NCBI GenBank assembly: GCA_964613075.1
Contig: CAZTFV010000001.1
Location: forward strand, 23,521-63,963
Source: an uncultured Gammaproteobacteria bacterium
Lineage (GTDB): Bacteria; Patescibacteriota; Microgenomatia; Levybacterales; UBA12049
DNA: 40,443 bases
Direction: 5' to 3'
Part shown: piece after piece, positions 9,890 to 19,008 of the stretch
Position numbering within the stretch: position 1 is the stretch's first letter
Layout of the letters: every line of letters starts with the position of its first letter
Position numbers and translations under genes: made by a program
The notes under the pieces: generated by a model
Databases searched by the model: none
What the model was told of the DNA's origin: nothing
Seen by the model: only the letters and a program-made list of their open reading frames with translations

Positions 9890-10632
9890 TATTTACCCTT
9901 TCTCCTCTGTAATATATGTTTATTAGAATATTTTTTTTTCTTACGAGTGTTGCCGACTGCCTTTCGCCCGGCATATGTCTTAGGACTCGGCATGCCGATA
10001 CCGGATCGACCTTCTCCTCCTCCGTGCGGATGAGAGCGGGGGTTTTGCGCAACTCCTCTGACAGTTGGCCGAATTCCCATGTGTCGCTTGCGTCCAGCCT
10101 TACCGATAACTTCATTCTTCCAGTCAATATTGCCAACCTGCCCGACTGTTGCAAATCCTACTGCCGGAACTTTTCGCATTTCTCCGGATGGCATCTTTAG
10201 ATGAACAAATCCTTCCTCCAAAGCGGTAATAATCGCACCCACTCCCGCTCCCCTTGCCAGTTGTCCACCTCTGCCGGGTGTAAGCTCAATATTATGGATA
10301 ACTGTTCCCACAGGTATTTCTGCCATCGGCAGTGCATTGCCCAATCGTATATCCACTCCCGAGCCCGAAACGATCGTATCGTTCAGTCGCAACCCCAGAG
10401 GTGAAAGGATATATCGCTTCTCACCGTCTGTGTATTGTACCAAAGCAATATCGCATGTGCGATTGGGGTCATATTCAATACCGATAACCCGCGCCTGTAT
10501 ATTACGCTTATCCCGCTTAAAATCAACAAGCCGAATAAATCGCTTGTGCTGCCCGCCCTGGTGTCTTACTGTCACCTGGCCAGTTACATTTCTTCCCGAC
10601 TGTTTCTTCTTAATAATTTTCAATCTCTTCAT
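9889..10632 (-). CDS. rplB: 50S ribosomal protein L2
   Basis: 247 aa, [19 protein letters not shown]...[12 protein letters not shown]. Confidence 0.96.
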   Translation of the reverse strand: MKRLKIIKKKQSGRNVTGQVTVRHQGGQHKRFIRLVDFKRDKRNIQARVIGIEYDPNRTCDIALVQYTDGEKRYILSPLGLRLNDTIVSGSGVDIRLGNALPMAEIPVGTVIHNIELTPGRGGQLARGAGVGAIITALEEGFVHLKMPSGEMRKVPAVGFATVGQVGNIDWKNEVIGKAGRKRHMGIRPTVRGVAQNPRSHPHGGGEGRSGIGMPSPKTYAGRKAVGNTRKKKKYSNKHILQRRKGK

Positions 10633-10643
10633 AGGCTTGCCTA

Positions 10644-10931
10644 CTATGCCGCTACTTCAAATAACCCGATCTTCTCACCGGAGAGAAGCCCAACTGTTGC
10701 TTTCTTAAATGGCGAGTTTTTTACTTCTATTCTTTTCTGACCTGTCCGTTTTGTCTTGCCCTTAACGACACTAGTCATGATGCTCACGATATGCACACTG
10801 AATTTTTTCTCAATTGCTTCCTTAATGGCTTGCTTACGGGCAAATCTTGCTACAATAAAGGTGTATTTCCCTTCTCCCGCCTTGTGCATTGATTTCTCCG
10901 TGACAAGCGGTTTTAGCAAAACAGTTTGCAT
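10644..10931 (-). CDS. rplW: 50S ribosomal protein L23
   Basis: 95 aa, LLKPLVTEKS...YTFIVARFARKQAIKEAIEKKF. Confidence 0.93.
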   Translation of the reverse strand: MQTVLLKPLVTEKSMHKAGEGKYTFIVARFARKQAIKEAIEKKFSVHIVSIMTSVVKGKTKRTGQKRIEVKNSPFKKATVGLLSGEKIGLFEVAA

Positions 10932-10932
10932 A

Positions 10933-11664
10933 TCAGGCTTTTTCTCCTTTCAGAAAATGTGTTTTTAACGTATCAACCGACTCCTTCATCATAAGAAGAA
11001 CCTTATTGTTCAGTACCTCATACGTATTCAATCTCGCAGCGGAGGTAAAGGCAACACCTGAAAGATTTCTGACTGATCGGGTCACATTCTCCGAATCATC
11101 ATGTGTTACCAAAAGAACCTTTCGTTTCTTCTCCGAAAGCGCAAGAGTTTCCATAACACTCGCCATATCTTTGGTCTTAGGTGAGACAGAAGTGAGACCG
11201 CAGACGAATTTAATTTTGCCATCGCGCAGCTTCGCTGTTAACGCGGAAAAAAGCGCTAGCTTTCGCATTTTCTTAGACAGGTTCAGAGAATAATCCTGCG
11301 GCTTTGGACCATGCGCTATACCTCCATGGACAAAAATCGGCGCTCGTTGTGCACCATGTCGCGCTCGACCTGTTCCTTTTTGCCGATAGATCTTTCGCGT
11401 TGAACCCGCAACCTCCGCACGCGTTTTTGTTGCTGCAAACCCTCCCCGCTGATTCGCCGAATATACCCGTACAGCCTGCGCCATAAGCTGCGGATTGATA
11501 GACGCAGCGAAAATCTCAGCAGGAAGTGACATCGTCTCAACAACCTTCCCCTTTGTATCAAAAACCTCAGCCCTAATCGCAGCTTTTCCCTTTGATACTC
11601 GCTTGCCCTGAGCTTGTCGAATGGGTGATACTTTTTCTTCTGTTGTTTTTTTACTTCTCGCCAT
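10933..11664 (-). CDS. rplD: 50S ribosomal protein L4 (with an N-terminal extension)
   Basis: L4 core sequence (QRGGFAATKTRAEVAGSTRKIYRQKGTGRARHG). I place the start at the ATG at 11664 (MARSKKTTEEK...), which overlaps rplC by 14 nt. The ORF-track start at 11745 would overlap it by 95 nt. The N-terminal segment SPIRQAQGKRVSKG is encoded by a dispersed repeat copy. Confidence 0.9.
   Translation of the reverse strand: MARSKKTTEEKVSPIRQAQGKRVSKGKAAIRAEVFDTKGKVVETMSLPAEIFAASINPQLMAQAVRVYSANQRGGFAATKTRAEVAGSTRKIYRQKGTGRARHGAQRAPIFVHGGIAHGPKPQDYSLNLSKKMRKLALFSALTAKLRDGKIKFVCGLTSVSPKTKDMASVMETLALSEKKRKVLLVTHDDSENVTRSVRNLSGVAFTSAARLNTYEVLNNKVLLMMKESVDTLKTHFLKGEKA
11598..11626. repeat. dispersed GC-rich repeat copy inside the 5' end of rplD
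   Basis: ctcgcttgccctgagcttgtcgaatggg. The same core is seen at 5593-5657 and 17442-17459. Confidence 0.6.
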
Positions 11665-12472
11665 CTTTCTTCTCCTCCTTTGTTTCTTTTTCCTTTGCCG
11701 CAGTTTCAACAGCTGGCTCCTCAGTTTTTGCGTCCTCTGTCTCAACCTTTACCTCTTCCGCTTCTCCCCCTGATACCTCTGATACATTTGATGCTTCTGA
11801 TACTTTTTCTTTCTGCCCCTCGTCTTTATACACCGGCACAAATTTCTTATCTTCTCCGGTCTTTGTGATAAGAACAATGCTGTTTCGCCCACCCGGCACC
11901 AGTCCCTTTACATACACCTCATCACCGTTTATATCCAAAATAGTAAGATTCTTAACCGTTACCCGATCACTTCCCATTCGCCCCGCCATTCGCTTTCCTT
12001 TGTATACACGCCCCGGTGTCGTGGCCTGACCGATTGATCCCGGCGCACGCTCACGGTCTGATTGGCCATGGGTCCTGGGACCACCTTTAAAGTGGTATCG
12101 CTTCACGCCACCGGCAAATCCTTTTCCTTTTGAGACTCCGGTAACCTGGACAATATCTCCTGCCTTCAGAACATCCGAAGCTTTTACACTGGTTCCGGGC
12201 GTTGGCAATGCTCCCTCATCGGAGAGACGCACTTCACGAAAAAAGGCAGGTACCCGTACTAGTCCTGCCTTTGCAACATGACCTAAAAGCGCTTTTGTTG
12301 CGCGCTTTTGCTGGCCAATGCCAAGTTGTACCGCAATATAGCCGTTTTTATCCATGCCTTTCACCGCAACCACGACAGTACCCGACACGGAAATTTTAGT
12401 AGCCGGCATTCGTGTCCCGTCTATTAAAAAAACTTGCGATTGATCCTGTTTTTTACCAAGTATTGCATTCAT
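11651..12472 (-). CDS. rplC: 50S ribosomal protein L3 (with an acidic/lysine-rich C-terminal tail)
   Basis: 273 aa with an L3 core (GKGFAGGVKRYHFKGGPRTHGQSDRERAPGSIG). It carries a ~55-aa low-complexity E/K/V tail. Confidence 0.94.
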   Translation of the reverse strand: MNAILGKKQDQSQVFLIDGTRMPATKISVSGTVVVAVKGMDKNGYIAVQLGIGQQKRATKALLGHVAKAGLVRVPAFFREVRLSDEGALPTPGTSVKASDVLKAGDIVQVTGVSKGKGFAGGVKRYHFKGGPRTHGQSDRERAPGSIGQATTPGRVYKGKRMAGRMGSDRVTVKNLTILDINGDEVYVKGLVPGGRNSIVLITKTGEDKKFVPVYKDEGQKEKVSEASNVSEVSGGEAEEVKVETEDAKTEEPAVETAAKEKETKEEKKDGEK

Positions 12473-12477
12473 AAATC

Positions 12478-12500
12478 AAAAAAGATAGCCTATGAGGCTA
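12478..12500 (-). terminator. terminator/attenuator-like hairpin plus T-run immediately upstream of the rplC start
   Basis: On the minus strand, TAGCCT-CAT-AGGCTA (12500->12486) is followed by TC and then TTTTTT (12483->12478). The rplC ATG follows 5 nt later at 12472. It lies inside an unusually long 139-nt rpsJ-rplC spacer. Confidence 0.35.
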
Positions 12501-12611
12501 CCTATCACACAAAAACCGGTTTTGCCTTACTTAGGCCAAATTATCTCATGCGTTCGTTTTTCTTAACAGTTATATTGGGCATCAAAGCTTTAGCCCCGAT
12601 GAAAATCGGGA

Positions 12612-12920
12612 TCACATTTTAATCTCAATATCCACTCCTGCCGGCAGCTCTAAATGCGTGAGACTATCAATTGTCTTGTCTGTGGGTGAAACGATATCAA
12701 TCAATCGTTTATGTACTCTGATCTCGAAGTGATCTCTTGCGTCTTTATCGATAAACGGTGATTTGTTAACAACGTATACACTTCGATCAGTCGGAAGCGG
12801 TACCGGGCCGACAATTTTTGCGCCGGTTCTGATTGCCGTATCTAAAATCTGCTGCGCACATGCATCAATAACACGCGAGTCATAACTTTTCAAACGAACC
12901 CGTATTCTTCCTTTCGGCAT
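12612..12920 (-). CDS. rpsJ: 30S ribosomal protein S10
   Basis: IRVRLKSYDSRVIDACAQQILDTAIRTGAKIVGPVPLPT. I chose the ATG at 12920 (MPKGRIRV), not the upstream start in the ORF track. Confidence 0.94.
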   Translation of the reverse strand: MPKGRIRVRLKSYDSRVIDACAQQILDTAIRTGAKIVGPVPLPTDRSVYVVNKSPFIDKDARDHFEIRVHKRLIDIVSPTDKTIDSLTHLELPAGVDIEIKM

Positions 12921-12970
12921 AAAAAAACACCTCAACAGACTGTTAAAGAACTAATCCCGACTAGTCGGGA

Positions 12971-14155
12971 TTATTTCAGAATTTTTGCTATAACACCAGC
13001 TCCGACCGTCTTTCCGCCTTCGCGGATAGCAAATCGAAGTCCTTCTTCAAGCGCAACAGGCACAATTAACGTGACAGTCATCTTGGTATTATCACCTGGC
13101 ATAACCATCTCAACGCCACTTGGAAGCTCAACGTTGCCGGTCACATCAGTAGTTCTGATATAAAATTGTGGTCGATAACCCTTAAAGAACGGCGTATGCC
13201 GTCCGCCTTCTTCTTTTGTCAGAACATACACTTCTGCTTCAAATTGCGTATGGGGGGTGATTGAGCCTGGCTTGGCGATAACCTGACCACGCTCAACATC
13301 ATCTTTCTCAATACCGCGAAGAAGAAGGCCGACATTATCTCCTGCCTGACCTTCATCAAGCTGCTTTTTGAACATCTCAACGCCGGTTACAACTGTTGAT
13401 GTTGTTGTTTTAATACCTACAATTTCAACTGTTTCATTAACTTTGACAACGCCTCGCTCAATTCTACCGGTAACGACTGTTCCACGGCCTTTAATTGAGA
13501 AAACATCCTCAACCGGCATCAAGAATGGTTTATCGAGTGCACGCGTGGGTGTTGGAATATCATTGTCAACTGCGTCCATCAAGGCCATAATCTGTTTTTC
13601 TGCTTCGGCATCGCCTTCAAGCGCTTTTAATGCTGATCCTCGAATAATGGTGACTTTGTCTCCAGGATATTTATATTTTGTCAAAAGTTCGCGGACTTCC
13701 ATTTCGACGAGGTCCAAAAGTTCTTGATCTTGCACCATATCAACCTTATTCAGGAAGACAACGATTGCCGGTACCCCGACTTGGTAGGCAAGGAGGATAT
13801 GCTCTCGAGTTTGTGGCATTGGCCCATCAGGTGCAGAGACAACTAAAATAGCGCCGTCCATCTGAGCGGCACCGGTGATCATGTTTTTGATGTAATCTGC
13901 GTGTCCCGGAGCATCGATATGCGCATAGTGGCGCTTTTCTGTCTCGTATTCAAGGTGGGTAATATTAATAGTAACGCCCCGTGCTTTTTCTTCAGGGGCG
14001 TTGTCAATGTCTTCGTATTTTTTGGCTTGTGCCATTCCCTTTTTGGAAAGGGCTGTCGCGATTGCAGCAGAAAGTGTGGTCTTGCCGTGATCGACATGAC
14101 CGATTGTTCCGATATTGACGTGTGGTTTGGTTCTTTGAAATTTTGTATCTGCCAT
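12971..14155 (-). CDS. tuf: elongation factor Tu
   Basis: [28 protein letters not shown]...DAPGHADY...NKVD. The start is set at the ATG at 14155, because the ORF-track N-terminal 13 aa are not EF-Tu-like. Confidence 0.97.
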   Translation of the reverse strand: MADTKFQRTKPHVNIGTIGHVDHGKTTLSAAIATALSKKGMAQAKKYEDIDNAPEEKARGVTINITHLEYETEKRHYAHIDAPGHADYIKNMITGAAQMDGAILVVSAPDGPMPQTREHILLAYQVGVPAIVVFLNKVDMVQDQELLDLVEMEVRELLTKYKYPGDKVTIIRGSALKALEGDAEAEKQIMALMDAVDNDIPTPTRALDKPFLMPVEDVFSIKGRGTVVTGRIERGVVKVNETVEIVGIKTTTSTVVTGVEMFKKQLDEGQAGDNVGLLLRGIEKDDVERGQVIAKPGSITPHTQFEAEVYVLTKEEGGRHTPFFKGYRPQFYIRTTDVTGNVELPSGVEMVMPGDNTKMTVTLIVPVALEEGLRFAIREGGKTVGAGVIAKILK

Positions 14156-14487
14156 AGTAAAAATTCCTTCGAGAAAAAATAATCTCATCTGCAAATGAGA
14201 TTGAAATGTATGATACTACATTTTTTATTAGCCGTCAATACCCAAGATAAAATTATGTAAGAAAGAAATAAGAAGAGGGTAATAAAACAATTGTGGAGTT
14301 ATTTTTTAAAAAGGGTACGAGAAGGGGTGGTTGAAAAAAGAAGCGAGGTGACGTAGAGAAAACCCGCATACCCGAAAAGTGTTACACCCTGAAGAATTGT
14401 GGTCAGATTCACTGCCTCACAATTGAGCATAAAAAACAGTATAGCACAGCTGTCAAAAAATAGAAAAAGTTACGGGTTATGAACTAT

Positions 14488-15585
14488 TTAATAGAACGAA
14501 TACGCCCAGGTGCTATATGAGTTAATACCTCGTGTCTTCGAGTATTCCTGCTTCTTCTTTACTGATACAGGGCCTTCAAACCATACGATATGTGGCTTAT
14601 CATCCTTATCCGTATAAGCAATTTTTGTTTCCTCTGACGTTGAGTCTCTCGACACCGAACAGTCTTTATATTGACAATCAGTCAAAAAATCCGCCTGTAT
14701 CTTACTGTAACTAGTCGATTTTCCTGTTCCTACAGTCTTCTGCTTTTCATCAACCGTCCAATCATAGCCGAATAAACCAAAAACAACCGTCAATTTTTCT
14801 GCCGGCACAAAACGCAAATAATCATCAACCATCCTCTTAAAATCATATCCATAGTTCTCCCGCCCATTAAGCGGGAAATTCGGCCCAGGATTACCGCGTG
14901 CTTTATGAAAGTCATACGCCATAATCATCACGCGATCAGTATTTTTCGCAATCGTCTTTACATCAAACGGCCGTATTCGAAAAAACGTATCACCATACAA
15001 AAGAACAGAGAAAGACAGATCGCTGCTTTTGGCTTGCTTATGCATTTCCGCAATAAAGTTATTTATCCGCGTTATTGTTGAGTCAAATGGTAATGCCGAC
15101 AGCTCAAGATCAAGTACAACACCTGAAAAATCATTTTGTTTGGCAGTAGTGATTGTCTGGTTAATTACCTGCTGCGCAAGCTTTGTGTCCTTTAAAATAG
15201 CAAGGTTCGTCGTCGAATCAAGCATTCGAAGCGTCAGAAGCGAATCGGCTCCGTTTGCGACGCGGCTAAATTTGGAGAGATTTATATACCCCGCATCATT
15301 CGTACTTATCCCTTCTTTATCAGGCGTAATACCAAAGTATATAAGCTGGTCAATATTTTCCTCATCAATTGCTCGCTCCGGCAGTGTCCAATAAGGGACA
15401 AAAAGCGATGTTCGCTCTGTTGCGTTTTTTCGAACCGAGAGAGTAGGGGAGAGAGTAGGGGAGAGAGTTGAGTAAACAGGCTGAGCAATATCCTCCTTTA
15501 CTTTATTCTTAACTGAGTTGAAAGCATAGGGGAGTAAAAAAAGAAGAGGGAGCAGTAAACCAATGAGAACTGCTATCTTTTTCAC
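14488..15585 (-). CDS. secreted/membrane-anchored glycoside hydrolase family 18-like protein
   Basis: 365 aa with an N-terminal signal/TM (KKIAVLIGLLLPLLFLL). It has a GH18-like strand pattern (FVPYWTL, LIYFGI, FSGVVLDLELS resembling the DxxDxDxE region, MAYDFH). There is an SPTLSPTLS tandem near the N-terminus. Confidence 0.55.
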   Translation of the reverse strand: MKKIAVLIGLLLPLLFLLPYAFNSVKNKVKEDIAQPVYSTLSPTLSPTLSVRKNATERTSLFVPYWTLPERAIDEENIDQLIYFGITPDKEGISTNDAGYINLSKFSRVANGADSLLTLRMLDSTTNLAILKDTKLAQQVINQTITTAKQNDFSGVVLDLELSALPFDSTITRINNFIAEMHKQAKSSDLSFSVLLYGDTFFRIRPFDVKTIAKNTDRVMIMAYDFHKARGNPGPNFPLNGRENYGYDFKRMVDDYLRFVPAEKLTVVFGLFGYDWTVDEKQKTVGTGKSTSYSKIQADFLTDCQYKDCSVSRDSTSEETKIAYTDKDDKPHIVWFEGPVSVKKKQEYSKTRGINSYSTWAYSFY

Positions 15586-15612
15586 GCGTCACACTATTAT
15601 ACACCCGCTCGT

Positions 15613-17391
15613 CTACCCGAAGGTGAAGGCGTAGACTTCAGTGCCCGGGGTGAGGAATTCAAGCTTTAAAATATGATTCTCAGCCTCCCCTTTCAGATCT
15701 ACTAACTCATAGAGCCTGTCAGAATCAATTGTTACTATGCCATTCACAACGTCTATGCCCGCTTGTTTGCTGCTTATCAATTCCCCATCAAGCGAAACGC
15801 GAACTTGTGCTTTTGCGTTATTTGCGCCAGGTCGCATTACCAAAAACGCTTTTTGTGCGTCAAAATGCTCAACAAGCACTGCCTTGCTGCCTGCCATAGA
15901 ATATTGGTCCGCAATTGTCCATGTCCCACCAAGTGAGAATGTGTTCTGCTGTGGCGAATCAGTTATTGTATATGTATCTGTTCCGTTGCCAAGTCTGCTG
16001 CTTGGATAGAAAAATTCCATCCTTTTTGATCCCAAATATGTCTCGGGTGTATTGCGGGTCTTAGGTGTTTCATCGGGCATGTCGACCATATCCTCTGCCA
16101 CTTGCTGTTGTCCTGCCTCTTTAAGTAGGAGTTGAATCGCTTTTTCCATTTTGTCATACTCGCCTTCGCCAAAATGGACGCGTCGAATAATTCCTTTCGC
16201 ATCTATCAAATACTCAGCCGGCCAGTACTGATTGCTGTATGCATCCCACGTCTTATAATCATTATCCTGAGCGACAGGATAATGGATCTTAAACCGTTTG
16301 ATCGCATCTTCAACATTTGCAGTACTCTTTTCAAATTCAAATTCCGGCGTATGCACACCCACAACGACAAATCCTTGATCCTTGTACTTGTCATACCAGC
16401 TCATAACAAAAGGGAGTGTTCGAATACAGTTAATGCAAGTATATGTCCAGAAATCAATCAATACAACTTTCCCCCGCAGTTCTTGCATAGTCAATGCTTG
16501 TTGTCTAGTCGGCAGGTTTAACCACTTCGAAATCCCTACAAACTCAGGCGCCATTGGTGTATTTTGCGCATTAAACAATGCCTGCTCCTCAGCGCCGCCA
16601 GCCAGGTTGAGCTGGTTTAAATCTATCCCGGATTGCTTGTTATCTTTTAATTTCTTAAGCTCCGCTTTTACTGTATCGTTTTTTTCAAACGAGGTAAGAA
16701 AATTTGAATAAGAGGGGAGAGCATCAAGTATTTTTGCCTGCAACACTTTATCGTAATTGGTAGCTATGGCAAGGGCAGTTAAAAGGAGAACTGCTCCAAA
16801 AATCTGCTGGATTCTCCCTGTATAAGGGGATAAAAATTTCGTTTCACTGACAAATTTTTGCCCACCATAGGAGAAGAGGAAAAGAGGAATACTTACGCCG
16901 ATGAGATAAGCGATAGTGACGAGAATAACATCAAAACTGACCTTCGCTGTCGCCGAAAGTGTCGCTATTGCCGTGAGAATGGGCCCCGCGCACGGCGTCC
17001 AGACAACCCCAAGCGATAAACCAGTCACGAATCCACCGCCAAATCCGCTTCGCTTCGCATTTCCCCCTCCTAATCCCCCTGCAAGTCGGCTGACGAATCC
17101 TTCAAAAATGCGAGAAAGAAAAGGAACAACCATCATAAGCCCCAAAGCCACTAAAATAACAATCGCTAACCATCTCAGGATTTCAGGATTAAATCCAAAC
17201 AAACGCACGAGGTAGGAGATGCTCAGGTTATATGCACCAAAACTGAGGACGATACCAAGCGTTATACCAAGCGACTTAGCCCTTCCTCCACCGACTGAGG
17301 TAGATAAAACAATCGGCAACAGAGGCCAGATACAAGGAGCCAGAATCGTGACGAAACCGGCTAAGAATGCGAAAAGTAGCAAAATTTCCAT
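15613..17391 (-). CDS. DipZ-like fusion protein: CcdA/DsbD transmembrane thiol-disulfide transporter plus thioredoxin-like (TlpA/ResA-type) domain
   Basis: 592 aa. The N-terminal polytopic region has APCIWPLLP and WTPCAGP (CcdA-type cysteines). The middle domain has FWTYTCINCIRTLP (CxxC redoxin). A C-terminal beta-rich domain follows. Confidence 0.8.
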   Translation of the reverse strand: MEILLLFAFLAGFVTILAPCIWPLLPIVLSTSVGGGRAKSLGITLGIVLSFGAYNLSISYLVRLFGFNPEILRWLAIVILVALGLMMVVPFLSRIFEGFVSRLAGGLGGGNAKRSGFGGGFVTGLSLGVVWTPCAGPILTAIATLSATAKVSFDVILVTIAYLIGVSIPLFLFSYGGQKFVSETKFLSPYTGRIQQIFGAVLLLTALAIATNYDKVLQAKILDALPSYSNFLTSFEKNDTVKAELKKLKDNKQSGIDLNQLNLAGGAEEQALFNAQNTPMAPEFVGISKWLNLPTRQQALTMQELRGKVVLIDFWTYTCINCIRTLPFVMSWYDKYKDQGFVVVGVHTPEFEFEKSTANVEDAIKRFKIHYPVAQDNDYKTWDAYSNQYWPAEYLIDAKGIIRRVHFGEGEYDKMEKAIQLLLKEAGQQQVAEDMVDMPDETPKTRNTPETYLGSKRMEFFYPSSRLGNGTDTYTITDSPQQNTFSLGGTWTIADQYSMAGSKAVLVEHFDAQKAFLVMRPGANNAKAQVRVSLDGELISSKQAGIDVVNGIVTIDSDRLYELVDLKGEAENHILKLEFLTPGTEVYAFTFG

Positions 17392-17441
17392 AGATTAAAA
17401 TTCGAAATCCGAATATCGTCCTTCGATATACTCAGGACGAT

Positions 17442-17496
17442 CCTGAGCTTGTCGAATGGATCGAAATTCGAAACCCTTCGACTTCGCTCAGGGTAA
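17442..17496. repeat. inverted pair of the dispersed GC-rich repeat (REP-like hairpin)
   Basis: cctgagcttgtcgaatgg ... cccttcgacttcgctcagg. The two arms are imperfect reverse complements. Lies in the spacer between the thioredoxin gene and the DipZ-like gene. Confidence 0.55.
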
Positions 17497-17581
17497 ACTA
17501 AGTCGAGAACTAACAATGGAACAATTTAATAATGAAACAATTTTCTTCTCGACTCGCTAACGCTCGCTCGAAGAATAAAGA

Positions 17582-18307
17582 CTACAAAACACCATTCACT
17601 GTCTTTACAAGGTCTTCCTTACTCCACTGCTCTGTCTCATTGTATACTGCCTTGCCGTTTATTAAAATAACTTTTGTGTGCTGATTGGGAACAGAGAACG
17701 CTTTCGCTAGTGCCTTTTCATCATCATCAGTATCTGAATCATTCCAGTTTACCCGAAAACCGACAATGTTTGGATTATTCAAACTCTCAAATCCTGCTGC
17801 AATATCAGGCGCTTCCGCTCGGCACACAGGACACCAGTTGGCATAGAAGTTAAGGACAACTACCTTCCCCTCAGATAGTGCTTTGTCATAATCTGCTTTG
17901 CTAAATTCTACATACGGCGTTTTGGATCCGGCAATGACCTTTCCGCTGTATCCTTTCATCATCTCTTTCTCATCCATAATGCTGCCATCTTCCCAGATTG
18001 ACTGACCCTTAGTAAGCGTCACTGTCGTACCGTCAGGCTTAACCACAGTGCCATTTGTCATCACTTTTGTACCGTTCTTAAGGGTCGCGTCTTGAGTCAT
18101 CACCGTGAATTTGCCGTTTTCCTCAACCTGCATCTTCCCATCTTTCATCACATACCCTTTGCCCATCGCCATATGCTCTTCCTCTTTGGTCATCGCAGAT
18201 TTCTCTATATTTGTTGTCTTATTATTTTTATTACCTGCCAACCACACACCGCCAGCAACCAGCAAAACAATTACCACAGCTCCAATTACTAATGCTTTTG
18301 TGTTCAT
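17582..18307 (-). CDS. membrane-anchored thioredoxin-family protein
   Basis: 241 aa with an N-terminal TM (ALVIGAVVIVLLVAGGVWLAG) and a C-terminal thioredoxin fold with NFYANWCPVCRAEAP. Confidence 0.8.
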   Translation of the reverse strand: MNTKALVIGAVVIVLLVAGGVWLAGNKNNKTTNIEKSAMTKEEEHMAMGKGYVMKDGKMQVEENGKFTVMTQDATLKNGTKVMTNGTVVKPDGTTVTLTKGQSIWEDGSIMDEKEMMKGYSGKVIAGSKTPYVEFSKADYDKALSEGKVVVLNFYANWCPVCRAEAPDIAAGFESLNNPNIVGFRVNWNDSDTDDDEKALAKAFSVPNQHTKVILINGKAVYNETEQWSKEDLVKTVNGVL

Positions 18308-18384
18308 ATGTTTTGTTCACCTCCCTTTGTCCTCCGAAGGGACGTACCGTATGGTACATCCCGAAGCCTTGTGCGAAGGAGGAT

Positions 18385-18738
18385 TTAGTATTTTTTCTGT
18401 CCGTATAAAAGGCCAGTTATCTTCCCAAGAATCATGACAATTAAGGCAACAACAAGCCACGTATCGACATTGTGCGCAAAAGCTTGCATGATAATACCGA
18501 CAACTAAAACAGCCGCACCAGCGAGAAACCCAAATCTGGAAGCAAGCATTTTATGTAAGTTCTCACGCTCGTCTTTTACTTTCTCCCGCCAAATAAGGAT
18601 TGTAAAGATCCCAAAAACGACAATAAGTCCCAAAACAATCATCATTAAGAATGGGGGAGACATGAAGAGCCCAAAAGGTTCTAAAAAAAGAAGGAGCAGA
18701 ATAATCAAGAAAATAGAAAAAATCGCCTCTGTCTTCAT
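18385..18738 (-). CDS. small integral membrane protein (four predicted TM segments)
   Basis: 117 aa, hydrophobic throughout. Overlaps the upstream HTH gene by 4 nt, suggesting translational coupling. Confidence 0.65.
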   Translation of the reverse strand: MKTEAIFSIFLIILLLLFLEPFGLFMSPPFLMMIVLGLIVVFGIFTILIWREKVKDERENLHKMLASRFGFLAGAAVLVVGIIMQAFAHNVDTWLVVALIVMILGKITGLLYGQKKY

Positions 18739-18938
18739 ACTATTTGGAAGATTTCTTCAACGGACTTTTTAAAATATTTTGCAATTTTCATTGCCAAGAG
18801 CACTGATGGTGTGTAATTTCCTTTTTCAATGGCAATAATTGTTTGTCGTGCCACGCCAACTGCTTTTGCCAAGTCTTCCTGGGTGATGTCTTTTTCTATA
18901 CGGAGTTTGTAGACGTAATTTTTTACTTGCTCTGCCAT
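18735..18938 (-). CDS. XRE/Cro-family helix-turn-helix transcriptional regulator
   Basis: 67 aa, LRIEKDITQEDLAKAVGVARQTIIAIEKGNYTPSVLLAMKIAKYF is a textbook HTH_3 sequence. Confidence 0.88.
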   Translation of the reverse strand: MAEQVKNYVYKLRIEKDITQEDLAKAVGVARQTIIAIEKGNYTPSVLLAMKIAKYFKKSVEEIFQIV

Positions 18939-19008
18939 ACATATACAAGTACTGTAGGCAATTATACCATAAATGTCAAGTCGACTTTACATTTGAAAGA
19001 AATAAATA

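Noticed and set aside
12486-12500. TAGCCTCA in the rpsJ-rplC hairpin as a relative of the array repeat's inner box TTAGCCTCA
   Set aside because: Only an 8-mer is shared and nothing in the surrounding sequence matches, so this is most likely coincidence.
14195-14487. Possible tRNA or small RNA gene in the long tuf upstream region and in the 17392-17581 spacer
   Set aside because: I could not find a cloverleaf-compatible arrangement of acceptor and T-arm. The 17.4-kb spacer is explained by the dispersed hairpin repeats.
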